From a virus (Duplodnaviria; Caudoviricetes), in the IMG/VR virus record IMGVR_UViG_3300005805_000105, positions 1 through 57,103 of that record: a DNA stretch of 57,103 bases; one strand, written 5' to 3'. Shown here piece after piece: positions 39,202-48,991 of this stretch. A program made the translations under genes and the position numbers. The number at the start of each line of letters is the position of its first letter. Position 1 is the first letter of the stretch. The notes under the pieces were generated by a model. It was not told where the DNA came from and searched no databases. It saw nothing but the letters and a program-made list of their open reading frames with translations.

Positions 39202-39408
39202 TCAAAGCTCATAAGTAATATAGTCCAAAACTTGCCTATGAGTCCATGACGATTGATATTGATTGTCAGTTGCTAAACGTGCCACATCTATATAATCATC
39301 CTGTAATTTACAGATTAATTCTACTAGAAATCCAATGCGGTGTCGCTCTATAGCTTCCTCTACTAATTGTCTTATCGCGTCTTTATCTGAGTATTTATAA
39401 TTGTCCAT
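39202..39408 (-). CDS. Hypothetical protein
   Basis: Intact ORF. Confidence 0.5.
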   Translation of the reverse strand: MDNYKYSDKDAIRQLVEEAIERHRIGFLVELICKLQDDYIDVARLATDNQYQSSWTHRQVLDYITYEL

Positions 39409-39838
39409 AATATGGATACTCTTCTAGTATAATTCCAGCCTCTTGAAAAAGATTTCTAGATACTTTAAAGTCTGCTTCCCACCTGTCGTTTTGATTAGTA
39501 TAAGAAATAACCTTGGTAATACCTGTCTGTATAATCATTGCGGCACATTTAGGACATGGCATAAAAGGAAAAGTATATAATGTACAATTCTCCAAGCTTT
39601 TGTTTGCAAACAGAATTGCATTCATTTCTCCATGTACAATTATTTTATATTTTTCTTCTCTGTCAGAGAGTCTATTGTCATCTTGAATACCAGTTGGAAA
39701 TCCATTAAACCCCATAGACACTATTCTATTCTTTTGATCTACTATAATCGCTCCAACCTTTGTAGATGGATCTTTAGACCATGAAGATATAAACTCGGCT
39801 AATGATAGAAATCTTTTATCCCAATTTTGTAAATTCAT
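39395..39838 (-). CDS. dCMP deaminase
   Basis: SKDPSTKVGA, GFNG, HGEMNA, PCPKC. Confidence 0.92.
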   Translation of the reverse strand: MNLQNWDKRFLSLAEFISSWSKDPSTKVGAIIVDQKNRIVSMGFNGFPTGIQDDNRLSDREEKYKIIVHGEMNAILFANKSLENCTLYTFPFMPCPKCAAMIIQTGITKVISYTNQNDRWEADFKVSRNLFQEAGIILEEYPYYGQL

Positions 39839-39971
39839 ACCACAGTAATCCTAAGTTTGCAAAGGCATATCCAGCCCACATAATTCCGTGTGGATAATCT
39901 TTCTGATAGAAACAAGAAATGCTAGTTATCAGATATAGAATTGTCGATAATATAACTGCCGGAATAGCCAC
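39816..39971 (-). CDS. 51-aa 2-TM protein (not in ORF track)
   Basis: MAIPAVILSTILYL...IMWAGYAFANLGLLW; fills the gap. Confidence 0.65.
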   Translation of the reverse strand: MAIPAVILSTILYLITSISCFYQKDYPHGIMWAGYAFANLGLLWYEFTKLG

Positions 39972-41107
39972 TATGTTGTCCTATCAAAATGTGTCCGATT
40001 GACTCGTATAAATTCTGCACACTTTGGCAAATCTTTTAAACACGTTGCTCCAGTGTACGCACATGCACTTCTAATACCACCTAAAATATCTAGCATAATT
40101 TCTTTAGCATATCCCTTATATGGAACTGTAACAACCCTGCCCTCACTAGCCCGATAGTCTTTAATTCCACCATATTTTTCTTGCGCTTTGTGTGAACTCA
40201 TGCCGTAAAATGTCAACGACTTTTTTCTACGTAATGAATTTTCATTTGGTTGTGAAGTGTTGTCCAGCCAATTTATTGTATCCTTATACTGGTCTATTTC
40301 GCTATATCTAATTAAATTACGCTGATATTCATACTCCCATTCTCCTTCACATTCTTCTGTGCCAGCCAACATACCACCAAGCATTACAAAGTCTGCATTG
40401 GCCGCAAAAGCCTTTACAACGTCTGCCGGTGTCCTACAGCCACCATCTGCACAAATTAATCCTAGCCTGCGGTCTTGTTTCTTTAAGCCATGGGCTGCAT
40501 GGGCGCATTCTGAAATAGCAGATAATTGTGGATATCCTATGCCTGTTTTAAGTCTAGTAGTACAGGCAGATCCGGGGCCAATTCCTACTTTAACAATATC
40601 TATTCCGCCGTGCAGAATTAACTCCTGCACCATTTCTGGAGTACATACATTTCCTGCCATAATAATTGGTGAGGTTCCAAAGCGATTCCTTACCTTGGAA
40701 CAGAAATTCACAAAATCATCAGTATATCCATTAGCAACATCAATACAAATATTAGGTACAACATGTATTAGCTCAATTATGTTTTCTAATTTATCTATAT
40801 CACGATCTTTAATTCCAATAGTAACCCAATCTGTACTAACTGATTTTATATTTTTATAATCAACAAGATCATAGTGCTTGTGTAAACAAGTAACCATATC
40901 TAATGCTCTTAATGCGTCTGCCATGGCTAGTGTACCAGTGGTATCCATGTTAGCAACCATGATAGGAACCCCACGCCATATTCTATCAGAATGATAGAAA
41001 GACAACTGCCTGTCTACATCTACGTTTGATCTAGATGCGGCTTTTGATCTTTGTGGAACAATAAGTACATCATCAAAGTCTAATTTTGTGTCATTAACTA
41101 TATTCAT
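39971..41107 (-). CDS. guaC: GMP reductase
   Basis: LDFDDVLI, ANMDT, IDVANGY, KVGIGPGSACTTR, ADGG, FYGMSS, YRASEG. Confidence 0.93.
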   Translation of the reverse strand: MNIVNDTKLDFDDVLIVPQRSKAASRSNVDVDRQLSFYHSDRIWRGVPIMVANMDTTGTLAMADALRALDMVTCLHKHYDLVDYKNIKSVSTDWVTIGIKDRDIDKLENIIELIHVVPNICIDVANGYTDDFVNFCSKVRNRFGTSPIIMAGNVCTPEMVQELILHGGIDIVKVGIGPGSACTTRLKTGIGYPQLSAISECAHAAHGLKKQDRRLGLICADGGCRTPADVVKAFAANADFVMLGGMLAGTEECEGEWEYEYQRNLIRYSEIDQYKDTINWLDNTSQPNENSLRRKKSLTFYGMSSHKAQEKYGGIKDYRASEGRVVTVPYKGYAKEIMLDILGGIRSACAYTGATCLKDLPKCAEFIRVNRTHFDRTT

Positions 41108-41173
41108 TTGATTTTTATTCCTTATACCAAGGACCACCATATGTTGCCATGACCCGCTTACATCGGCTTGTAC

Positions 41174-41212
41174 AAAAGAAGATAGCTGGGCGAAGTTAAT
41201 CGCCCAACTATC
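41174..41212 (-). terminator. Intrinsic terminator after rIIB
   Basis: 13-bp stem GATAGTTGGGCGA/TCGCCCAGCTATC followed by TTCTTTT. Confidence 0.8.
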
Positions 41213-41224
41213 CCACTTTCACCA

Positions 41225-42097
41225 CTAAGCACCCACAGTCACCAACTCTCTCTTCTTAAGAACCGCATTAACACGTTGAAGTTTTGCCGTTACTTCCTCA
41301 ATCCACTCACGATTACGCTTTTGCAGATTGACATATTCAAGATCATTCTTGGTCATGTGAACCACAGACTTAAACAAATCTTCGAATTCACTCACAACTT
41401 CATAGCGGCAGCAGCGAAGCTTCTGGCAACGTGAATCATTAGGAACGCTTACAACGTCCCGTGGATTTACCTTGCAAATCATCAGCTTATTACCATTACC
41501 GCCCTCGTCATCATCAAGATCAATGCCACCATAAGACTTGGCATAATCGAATGCTCCAACGTGTAGGCCAGCACCGCAATGATCGTTGCGATTAGTATTA
41601 ACCTTGCTACGTGGAACCTCACAAATACTACCAACACTATTATCAAATGTGCCAGAGAAGATATCCTTATAATCACGCTTCACAGCTTTATATGCCAAGA
41701 AGTGTCCATCTGGCGTAATCGGCATGTTCTTATTTTCCATGAATTCAAAGAGTTCTACAATGGCATGATCAGAAGGATTCTGACTCATATTATCAAGGAA
41801 GTTCAACATCGGCTCAAATGGATAGCCTTGCTGAATCATATCCATGATAGTTCCACTAAACATCTCTGGCATATCAATACCATCCCACTTCATCTTGCCA
41901 TTGTTGACACTGACATAGCCCTCACAATATTCATTGATTTGGGAGACAACATCATAAGACGCTTCGAAATGTTCAACGTTGTTATTCTTAAGGTGATTAA
42001 TAAGACGGTCATATCGTGGGTGTGACTTGCCGAAAGTATAAACTTCGCCTGCAACAACCGCAGTAACATTACCATCATTTGCAATTAAGTAGTTCAT
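41225..42097 (-). CDS. rIIB: rIIB-like protein
   Basis: ITPDGHFLAYKAV, CGAGLHVG...YA, VNPRDVVSVP.D...KLRCCRY. Confidence 0.88.
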   Translation of the reverse strand: MNYLIANDGNVTAVVAGEVYTFGKSHPRYDRLINHLKNNNVEHFEASYDVVSQINEYCEGYVSVNNGKMKWDGIDMPEMFSGTIMDMIQQGYPFEPMLNFLDNMSQNPSDHAIVELFEFMENKNMPITPDGHFLAYKAVKRDYKDIFSGTFDNSVGSICEVPRSKVNTNRNDHCGAGLHVGAFDYAKSYGGIDLDDDEGGNGNKLMICKVNPRDVVSVPNDSRCQKLRCCRYEVVSEFEDLFKSVVHMTKNDLEYVNLQKRNREWIEEVTAKLQRVNAVLKKRELVTVGA

Positions 42098-42134
42098 CTT
42101 TTGCTCCTTTGTTTTTCTAAAAGCCTGTTTCTCT

Positions 42135-42163
42135 ATTATACCAATCGGTCAGATCATTGTCAA
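42135..42163 (-). promoter_or_regulatory. Consensus sigma70 promoter for rIIB
   Basis: TTGACA-17-TATAAT. Confidence 0.8.
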
Positions 42164-44269
42164 CACTTTAGTGTTTTCCATCATGTCGATATAATCCGCC
42201 ACAACTTGCAACTGCGAATCTGACCAGAGACTATTCAGCACATTACCACACAGGATAGGATAGTTCTTAACCTCTGCACTGAGCGGCTTAGCAAACTTTG
42301 CTTCATAATCAATCTTAGGATTAGCCTCATGCAACTGCATGTTCAAAGACCGACAAATATTCCAGACATCATCCATCTTGTGATAACTCTTCTCGATAGA
42401 CTTGTGATACTCTTCATAAGCAAGGATGATAGACTTAGCCTGATTATCGGATTTGGTTCGCTTAAAGACCTCCTTAAACTGACTATATTCCCTACCAATC
42501 TTGTGCTGATGCCGAATACTGTTGATTTCTTCAGCATGATATTCTCCAAGCTCTTTAATCAATTCAAGCAGACATGAAGCATCAGACCAGTTATCACGAC
42601 CTTCAAGATTTCGCGTCTTAATCTGCGAAGGAGTCAAGAAGTAGAAAGTCTTATCAGTTCCAATATCTTGATAGATATATCCAATGATCTTTGCAACAGT
42701 GTGCATACTCACGGTATGTCGCCCAAGAATGCACTCTTCTTTCTTTGTAGGAATATAGACTGCATCTTCAAACTTGACACTAAAATTCTGAGAAAGAATC
42801 TGTCCAGCTTCTTCATCATAATAATTAACTTCAGAATAATCCACAGTAGATCCGCCACCACCACTTGACTGACGCTGCACTTTTGGCAGTGAGTCAGTAA
42901 GCACAACATCATTGAGAGTAGCATCACCCAAGATCTTAAGCAGACGATTATTATCTACTGTTTCATCACTATCTGGAGTATAAACATAGACCGTATATCC
43001 ATTAGCACCATAGTTTTCCTTAAGATGCTGACGAATACGACCAAGACCACCACGCACACAATTATCAATATAGAAGATAATCTCATTACGCAGCGGGATA
43101 TTCTTTACATCTTTGTTAGTTTCTGCCTTGGAACGATAGCCAGACTTATAAAGCTCCTTAATTCCAAGACCTTCCACGTTGATCTTATTGCCAACCATGG
43201 TATCGAAGATCTTTTGACCATTCCACTCGATAGCATTGTTAAGACTTTCCATAGCAGACTTAATAGAACGGCACTGATTTTCAATTCCAAGAAACTTCTT
43301 ACGTGCCAGATAAAGGGTAGGCTGAGACTTGATAGAATCTTCCACCGTGTCTTTAATGTCATTCACAACCTTCTCAAGAAGATTACGAATATTCTTCTTA
43401 GTTTCAGTAGTATATGACAAAGACTCACGACTAGGAGTAATATCAACGTCGCCAATGTTTACATACAGACGAAGACCACCGGAATACCACAGGAAATTGC
43501 CAATCTTATCCTCTTCAACATAGCGAGATGAAATGCTATCATTATCGATAGGGTATGCAATCTGGCCCATGATAATCTTATTAGAATTATCGCCAGTATT
43601 GAATGTCCAACTACCATCTGTAGCCTTCAACAAAACTTCTTCGTCATAGAAAGAAATGCTGTCATTGCCAGTAATAATAGGACGCACCTTAAAGTAACGA
43701 TAGACATTCTGTGCTTCACGGCGGAAAGTATCCATATCATCCTGCTTCACTGGCATAGAAACCTTGATACCATTAGGCTCGTTGGTATCGACAGTCTCCA
43801 GCAAAGAAAATGTAGGACTACCATTGCGGTCGCGGTGAGCGGAATAAATACGCTTCTTTCCATCGAGGAATGCTTCCACGGTAAAGCTATCTGTATATGC
43901 AAACGGAGCCTTGCTACCAAGACCAAGACATCCAACGGCATCATTGCTATTGTTGCGAGTACTACGGAAATACGTAGTATAAAGAGTCATGCAATTTTCA
44001 TGTGACATGCTCGTTCCAAAATCACGAACATGGAAATAAGGCTCAAGGCGAGTAGGCAGATGCACTTCAAATGGCTTGTCAACGCAGCAGGCATCCACAT
44101 GAGAATCATATGCATTAGTGGAGAGTTCTCGCACAACAGCAAGAATCTTATTTGAATAAAGACCATCAGAAAGAATCATGAACGCCTTGGCAGACGCCTC
44201 AATGCTAAACTGATTCTCTTCAAAATTACCAGACTTCTCAACAACGTGCGTACCAGTGTGCAATTTCAT
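42149..44269 (-). CDS. rIIA: rIIA-like protein (GHKL ATPase N-terminus)
   Basis: LSDGLYSNK..AVVRELSTNA.DSH, RDFG, GLGSKAPFAY, ITPSRESLS. Confidence 0.9.
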   Translation of the reverse strand: MKLHTGTHVVEKSGNFEENQFSIEASAKAFMILSDGLYSNKILAVVRELSTNAYDSHVDACCVDKPFEVHLPTRLEPYFHVRDFGTSMSHENCMTLYTTYFRSTRNNSNDAVGCLGLGSKAPFAYTDSFTVEAFLDGKKRIYSAHRDRNGSPTFSLLETVDTNEPNGIKVSMPVKQDDMDTFRREAQNVYRYFKVRPIITGNDSISFYDEEVLLKATDGSWTFNTGDNSNKIIMGQIAYPIDNDSISSRYVEEDKIGNFLWYSGGLRLYVNIGDVDITPSRESLSYTTETKKNIRNLLEKVVNDIKDTVEDSIKSQPTLYLARKKFLGIENQCRSIKSAMESLNNAIEWNGQKIFDTMVGNKINVEGLGIKELYKSGYRSKAETNKDVKNIPLRNEIIFYIDNCVRGGLGRIRQHLKENYGANGYTVYVYTPDSDETVDNNRLLKILGDATLNDVVLTDSLPKVQRQSSGGGGSTVDYSEVNYYDEEAGQILSQNFSVKFEDAVYIPTKKEECILGRHTVSMHTVAKIIGYIYQDIGTDKTFYFLTPSQIKTRNLEGRDNWSDASCLLELIKELGEYHAEEINSIRHQHKIGREYSQFKEVFKRTKSDNQAKSIILAYEEYHKSIEKSYHKMDDVWNICRSLNMQLHEANPKIDYEAKFAKPLSAEVKNYPILCGNVLNSLWSDSQLQVVADYIDMMENTKVLTMI

Positions 44270-44314
44270 TTTTGCTAATCTCCTAAAAAGTGCTAAGTGA
44301 CTGAAAGTACTTTG

Positions 44315-44342
44315 ATTCTACCACAGATATCGTCTGTGTCAA
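44315..44342 (-). promoter_or_regulatory. sigma70 promoter for rIIA
   Basis: TTGACA-16-TAGAAT with TGn extension. Confidence 0.7.
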
Positions 44343-44433
44343 GCGTCAGTCTTTAAAAATTTTTCTGCGTCGGCTGGAGAATAGCCCATTAAAAGCAACG
44401 TATTATACAAACCAATTACGGGAATAAGTTCAA

Positions 44434-44733
44434 TCATTTATTTTCCTCTACACAAAAAGAAATAGGATCTAAATTAAATTGTGAAATATGACCATCAACA
44501 AAGTCTTGCCACTCATCTATAAAAGTAGATACAAGATCTATGTCTTCTGTACAATATCTATAACTCCTATAATCATTAATAGAGTCATTCCAGATAATAA
44601 TCGAGTCTTTAGTGATTTCTATATCTTCGGGTTTTTCTTTGAAATGTTTAGCCGCCAAGTTTTCCATTGGCGAACTTTTCATACTCTTTATTGAGCGAAT
44701 AATGTCGCTTTCAGACATATTCAGCCTAATCAT
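44434..44733 (-). CDS. Hypothetical protein
   Basis: Start MIRLN directly after thyX stop. Confidence 0.55.
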   Translation of the reverse strand: MIRLNMSESDIIRSIKSMKSSPMENLAAKHFKEKPEDIEITKDSIIIWNDSINDYRSYRYCTEDIDLVSTFIDEWQDFVDGHISQFNLDPISFCVEENK

Positions 44734-44734
44734 T

Positions 44735-45367
44735 TTACCACCCCAGTGCTTCAGAAATAATAGGAAATTGTTCTGCAAAAATTGTTTTGCATTCCTTTGC
44801 AATGTCCATGTGTTCTTTCTGTGTACCGTTCTTTTCTCTTAAAGATATATAATGTATCCAAGAGCGTACCGTGCCACTCATATATAGTCTTGTGGGAGTA
44901 GCTAGTGGCAAGACAAATCTAGCACATTCTTTAGCGACTCCATCTGCAATCATCTGATCATATAAAGCTTTGGCTTTTGCAAAATGCTCTCTAATCAATA
45001 CATTATATTTCATCTTTATCATATTATCTACATCGTCTATGCTATTTTGTCTATTCTTGTTATCTTGGCGACGTAGTTCAAATACGGGAATATTATCTCC
45101 AAGAAGACTAGCATCTGCATATCTCTGACTAAATTCTTGAAATGTAAAACTACGATGCCGTAGAATTTGAGCGGCAATCCCTCTCGTAGTATTAATCTCA
45201 ACTGTCATGAATGCTTGCTCAAAGATAGACCAGTGTTCGTGATCTATACAATACTTCAATAGTTTAGCATATTGCTCATTATCTTGATTATTAGGATTGC
45301 TTACTCTAGCACAATATGATATCAGCTTTTCCGCATCTGGAGTTGCTGAGATTAATTTGACGCTCAC
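44735..45367 (-). CDS. thyX: Flavin-dependent thymidylate synthase
   Basis: ARVS, HWSIFE, QILRHRSFTFQEFSQRY, ARFVLP. Confidence 0.95.
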   Translation of the reverse strand: MSVKLISATPDAEKLISYCARVSNPNNQDNEQYAKLLKYCIDHEHWSIFEQAFMTVEINTTRGIAAQILRHRSFTFQEFSQRYADASLLGDNIPVFELRRQDNKNRQNSIDDVDNMIKMKYNVLIREHFAKAKALYDQMIADGVAKECARFVLPLATPTRLYMSGTVRSWIHYISLREKNGTQKEHMDIAKECKTIFAEQFPIISEALGW

Positions 45368-46386
45368 TTAAGCCACCTATCGTTTTCAAGACTCCACTTC
45401 ACTGTCTGTGCTAGTCTATCACGTACAGGCTGCGGTGTCCAGCCCATATTTTTCATTTTGTCGCCATCAAGAGCGTAGCGTAGATCATGCCCCGGTCTTG
45501 AACTATGAAAGTCAATCATTTCATAATTTAATTTTTTGTTCTGGCACTCTGCAATAAACTTAGCAAGTTCCAGATTATCCATTTCTTCTGCACCAACAAT
45601 ATTAAATTTATGACACTTTGCTCCACCAAAGTCATCAATAGTTAATTGACCATTATAATTTAGTAAAAACCAAATAGCATCGGCAACGTCGCTGGCGTGG
45701 ATATAGTGTCTAGATCCCGCCTTGGTTTTAGTCTTATCGCTATGAACAGTTACCTTTTCTCCAGTGCTTGCTCTCTTGATGCACATGGGAATATATTTTT
45801 CTGGATGCTGTCTCTCTCCGAATACATTCATTGTATGAGTTATATAACATGGTAGAGAATATGTATTCTCATATGCCACCACTAATTCTTCTCCACCCGC
45901 CTTCGATGCACTATATGGATTGGTAGAATTATATCGGGCGTTTTCCTTGTATTTAACTCCTTGTGGTGCTGGGCCAAATACTTCATCTGTAGAAAAATAA
46001 ATAAATCTCGTAAGATTATCAACCTTCCTAGCATATTCTAGGATATTCGCTGTACCTATTACGTTGTCTAAAACAAATTCCATGGGATATTCAATACTTC
46101 TATCAACGTGGCTACCAGCAGCAAGATGTACAATATAATCTACATGACCAATGGCGTGGATGATCTGTGGATTCAATTCTGCCTTGAGATCATGAAATAC
46201 TGTGCGAACTCTCTTACGCTCTGATTCTGGAGCAGACATAACTACTTCGTGTAGCCTGTTTAGATTTCCACTATAATCTAGTCTATCCAAAGTAACAATA
46301 TTAAGATTTGTCTTATTTAGCAGATATTCGACCACATGATGTGCGATAAAACCCGCACCACCAGTTAACAGAATTGTTTTGTCCAT
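45364..46386 (-). CDS. rfbB: dTDP-glucose 4,6-dehydratase
   Basis: TGGAGFI, HLAAGSHVDRSI, STDEV, PYSASK, RPGHDLRYA. Confidence 0.88.
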   Translation of the reverse strand: MDKTILLTGGAGFIAHHVVEYLLNKTNLNIVTLDRLDYSGNLNRLHEVVMSAPESERKRVRTVFHDLKAELNPQIIHAIGHVDYIVHLAAGSHVDRSIEYPMEFVLDNVIGTANILEYARKVDNLTRFIYFSTDEVFGPAPQGVKYKENARYNSTNPYSASKAGGEELVVAYENTYSLPCYITHTMNVFGERQHPEKYIPMCIKRASTGEKVTVHSDKTKTKAGSRHYIHASDVADAIWFLLNYNGQLTIDDFGGAKCHKFNIVGAEEMDNLELAKFIAECQNKKLNYEMIDFHSSRPGHDLRYALDGDKMKNMGWTPQPVRDRLAQTVKWSLENDRWLK

Positions 46387-46426
46387 AATATGTCCCAGTT
46401 AAAGATATGTCTTGATCCAACAACCT

Positions 46427-46455
46427 ATTGTATCCACAAGAATCGCTTTTGTCAA
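46427..46455 (-). promoter_or_regulatory. sigma70 promoter for rfbB-thyX
   Basis: TTGACA-17-TACAAT. Confidence 0.7.
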
Positions 46456-47219
46456 TCTTTTTCTAGAGCTTCCAATTTTTCAACCATAAATTCTATCCAC
46501 TCTTTATGGATACTGATTCTAGTATGTAGAGACTCTTCATTATAATTAGCATCAAGCTTACCGTCATTAGTCATAATGCAAGAATTAATACCGGCTAGCT
46601 TGTTATCTATAAACAAGCCGCCGCCACTGTCTCCACTACAAATCATGAACTCTAATGCTGTTTTAGGTGGCTTATTTACTGAGCATAATAACATGCCATT
46701 TGCTAAGCCATCTATTTTGTTTGATCCTGCTCTTTTGTTATTATCGTGCTTTGAGATACCTTTATCAAATGTACCAGTAAATCCAAAACCAGCAATACTA
46801 CATGTCTTGCCTACCTCATCATCTTTATCATATAACGATGGATAGAAATCTAGCTTGGCTTCTTTTTCTAAATAACATATAGCTATATCATATGGCCCCA
46901 TATCTTCATGTTTGTATTTTTCTAGCATAATAGATGCTAAAATATGAATCTTTTCTCCATTGAGCGTAATATAACAATCTTTTGCGGATTTAACAACATG
47001 TGCTGCCGTGAGAGCAATTCGTGGTTTAATTAAAACAGCAGAAGCTCTATATCTTGCCTTTGGTTGATCTTCAACTATACCATTAATTTCAACTACGCAT
47101 TCGTGCTGCTTACCGTATTCAATATATTTTTGATCACTTACTCTTGGATCAATAGTTCCAGCCTGTAAAATGCCTAATGAAGCTATAAACAGTATTAATG
47201 AGAGAAGAAAGTGCCTCAT
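46452..47219 (-). CDS. Secreted trypsin-like (S1) serine protease
   Basis: Signal peptide; LTAAHV, DIAI, SGDSGGGL. Confidence 0.88.
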   Translation of the reverse strand: MRHFLLSLILFIASLGILQAGTIDPRVSDQKYIEYGKQHECVVEINGIVEDQPKARYRASAVLIKPRIALTAAHVVKSAKDCYITLNGEKIHILASIMLEKYKHEDMGPYDIAICYLEKEAKLDFYPSLYDKDDEVGKTCSIAGFGFTGTFDKGISKHDNNKRAGSNKIDGLANGMLLCSVNKPPKTALEFMICSGDSGGGLFIDNKLAGINSCIMTNDGKLDANYNEESLHTRISIHKEWIEFMVEKLEALEKD

Positions 47220-47553
47220 ATAGATAACCCCTTTGAATAGGTTGAGAAAAGGTATGTGGTTTATTGTCTATCTGTTCTTTATATCTCTTACAGTCTTCGA
47301 CTACATTGACATTCCAACTACGATAATCCATTAAGTGGCCGAATACAAAATGACAATAATCGTCACATAATGTAATTAAATTAGTTGGATCTAATTCTCG
47401 CTCTGGATTTAGCTGATAAGGCTCTATATGATGTACTTCTAGGTTGTTTTTCCTACCACAAGCAGCGCATTCTGGATTATTAATTAGGTGGTTTTTACGC
47501 ACCGTTTTCCATTTTCCAGAACGTGATCCAAATATATCGAATGTATTAATCAT
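47149..47553 (-). CDS. HNH endonuclease
   Basis: CAACG..LEVHHI..NLITLC..CH. Confidence 0.8.
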   Translation of the reverse strand: MINTFDIFGSRSGKWKTVRKNHLINNPECAACGRKNNLEVHHIEPYQLNPERELDPTNLITLCDDYCHFVFGHLMDYRSWNVNVVEDCKRYKEQIDNKPHTFSQPIQRGYLYEALSSLINTVYSFIRHFTGWNY

Positions 47554-47569
47554 AGCTACTATATATACA

Positions 47570-48937
47570 CTATTTTCTGCGGTATGCTAGCGTATTAGTT
47601 GCGGCAAGTAGCTCATTAGACATATTATATACTTCTATTCTTACTCTATTATGACCTCTACGAAACCATGCAAGCTTGGGCTTGATATTAAAATTATGCA
47701 GTTGTGACTCACTAGATACATTAGAGACTGATTTTTGTGCATATACGACGCGATTATTAACATAAATCTTAACCATGATTCCTGTTCCGCTTTTGACCGT
47801 ATAGTTTATAGAACCTGCTATACGACCTGTATTAACTAATTTTAACTGTATGCTAGCCTGATCTGGCACTACAACAATAACAGGCGCTGGCTGAGATTCA
47901 ATGATCTTAGTATATGGCAATCCTAGAGCATGTTTAATTGCAGAACTAACGTTAATTTTGCCGCCTAGTAATTTATCTGCCATAGAATATATCTGATCTG
48001 CACTATCAATAATCGCTGATTTTATATCGGACATGCTAATATCTGGCTTAATAGATTTAATTAGACCTATAGTACCGGCAATAAATGGTGCTGCCATACT
48101 AGTACCGTTCAAGTATCTATATGTATTATTAAGAAAAGTACTCAGAATTCCACCGCCGGGAGCCGCCACATCTACGCTTGATTTTCCATAATTAGAAAAG
48201 GTTGATAATGTATTGCTTGATGATATAGATGCTACGGCTATTATATTATCTACATTATAAGAACTTGGATATCTTGGTGTAATGTCGCTGTTTGAGCCAC
48301 TATTGCCAGCGGCACATACAGATAAAATTTGTGCATCATTTAATTTCTGCATAGCAGCAAAAGTAGAATCACTAAATCCCAAGGTGCCGCCCCAACTATT
48401 ATTAACAGCAACAATATTTACTCCATGCTCTAATTTCATTTTAACTAAATAGTCTATAGCTTTTATTGCAGCGTATGTGTGTCCAACGCCAGCATTATCT
48501 ATCATTTTTAGTGGCATTATACTTACATTCCAATTTACCCCAGCAACACCAAGGTTATTATTTCCTTCTGCACCAATAATTCCTGCAACATGTGTGCCGT
48601 GGCCATAATAATCTTGCACATTGTTATTATCATCAATAAAATTCCAACCATTTATATCATCAATAAATCCATTATTGTCATTATCTATGCCGTCATTTTC
48701 TATCTCTCCATAATTTTTCCAAACATTATTTTTAAGATCTTCATGGTTTAAATCCATGCCACTATCTATTGTTGCAATAACAACGTTCTTATTGCCAGTA
48801 GAATAATTCCACGCCTCATTTAAAGAAGTACTGGCTATGCTCCACTGGCTTGCAGATAAACTATCATTAGAAATAGATAGTAATTGTCTATTTTCTAAAT
48901 ATTCAACGTGTAGTAGACTGTCCTTGTCCTTTTTCAT
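47570..48937 (-). CDS. Subtilisin-like (S8) protease with planctomycete-type N-terminal motif
   Basis: IDSG, GHGTHVAG, AAGN, GTSMAAP; N-terminal LHVEYLENRQLLS. Confidence 0.9.
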   Translation of the reverse strand: MKKDKDSLLHVEYLENRQLLSISNDSLSASQWSIASTSLNEAWNYSTGNKNVVIATIDSGMDLNHEDLKNNVWKNYGEIENDGIDNDNNGFIDDINGWNFIDDNNNVQDYYGHGTHVAGIIGAEGNNNLGVAGVNWNVSIMPLKMIDNAGVGHTYAAIKAIDYLVKMKLEHGVNIVAVNNSWGGTLGFSDSTFAAMQKLNDAQILSVCAAGNSGSNSDITPRYPSSYNVDNIIAVASISSSNTLSTFSNYGKSSVDVAAPGGGILSTFLNNTYRYLNGTSMAAPFIAGTIGLIKSIKPDISMSDIKSAIIDSADQIYSMADKLLGGKINVSSAIKHALGLPYTKIIESQPAPVIVVVPDQASIQLKLVNTGRIAGSINYTVKSGTGIMVKIYVNNRVVYAQKSVSNVSSESQLHNFNIKPKLAWFRRGHNRVRIEVYNMSNELLAATNTLAYRRK

Positions 48938-48952
48938 GTTTTACGTCCTTGT

Positions 48953-48991
48953 AAAAAACCAAAGGCAGGGGCAATTGCTCACCCCTGCCTT
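48953..48991 (-). terminator. Intrinsic terminator just upstream of the S8 gene
   Basis: AAGGCAGGGG/CCCCTGCCTT stem followed by TGGTTTTTT. Confidence 0.8.

Noticed and set aside
38286-48930. Identical 14-mer actgtccttgtcct at 38286-38299 and 48917-48930
   Set aside because: Several 14-mer matches are expected by chance in 57 kb; both copies are in coding sequence
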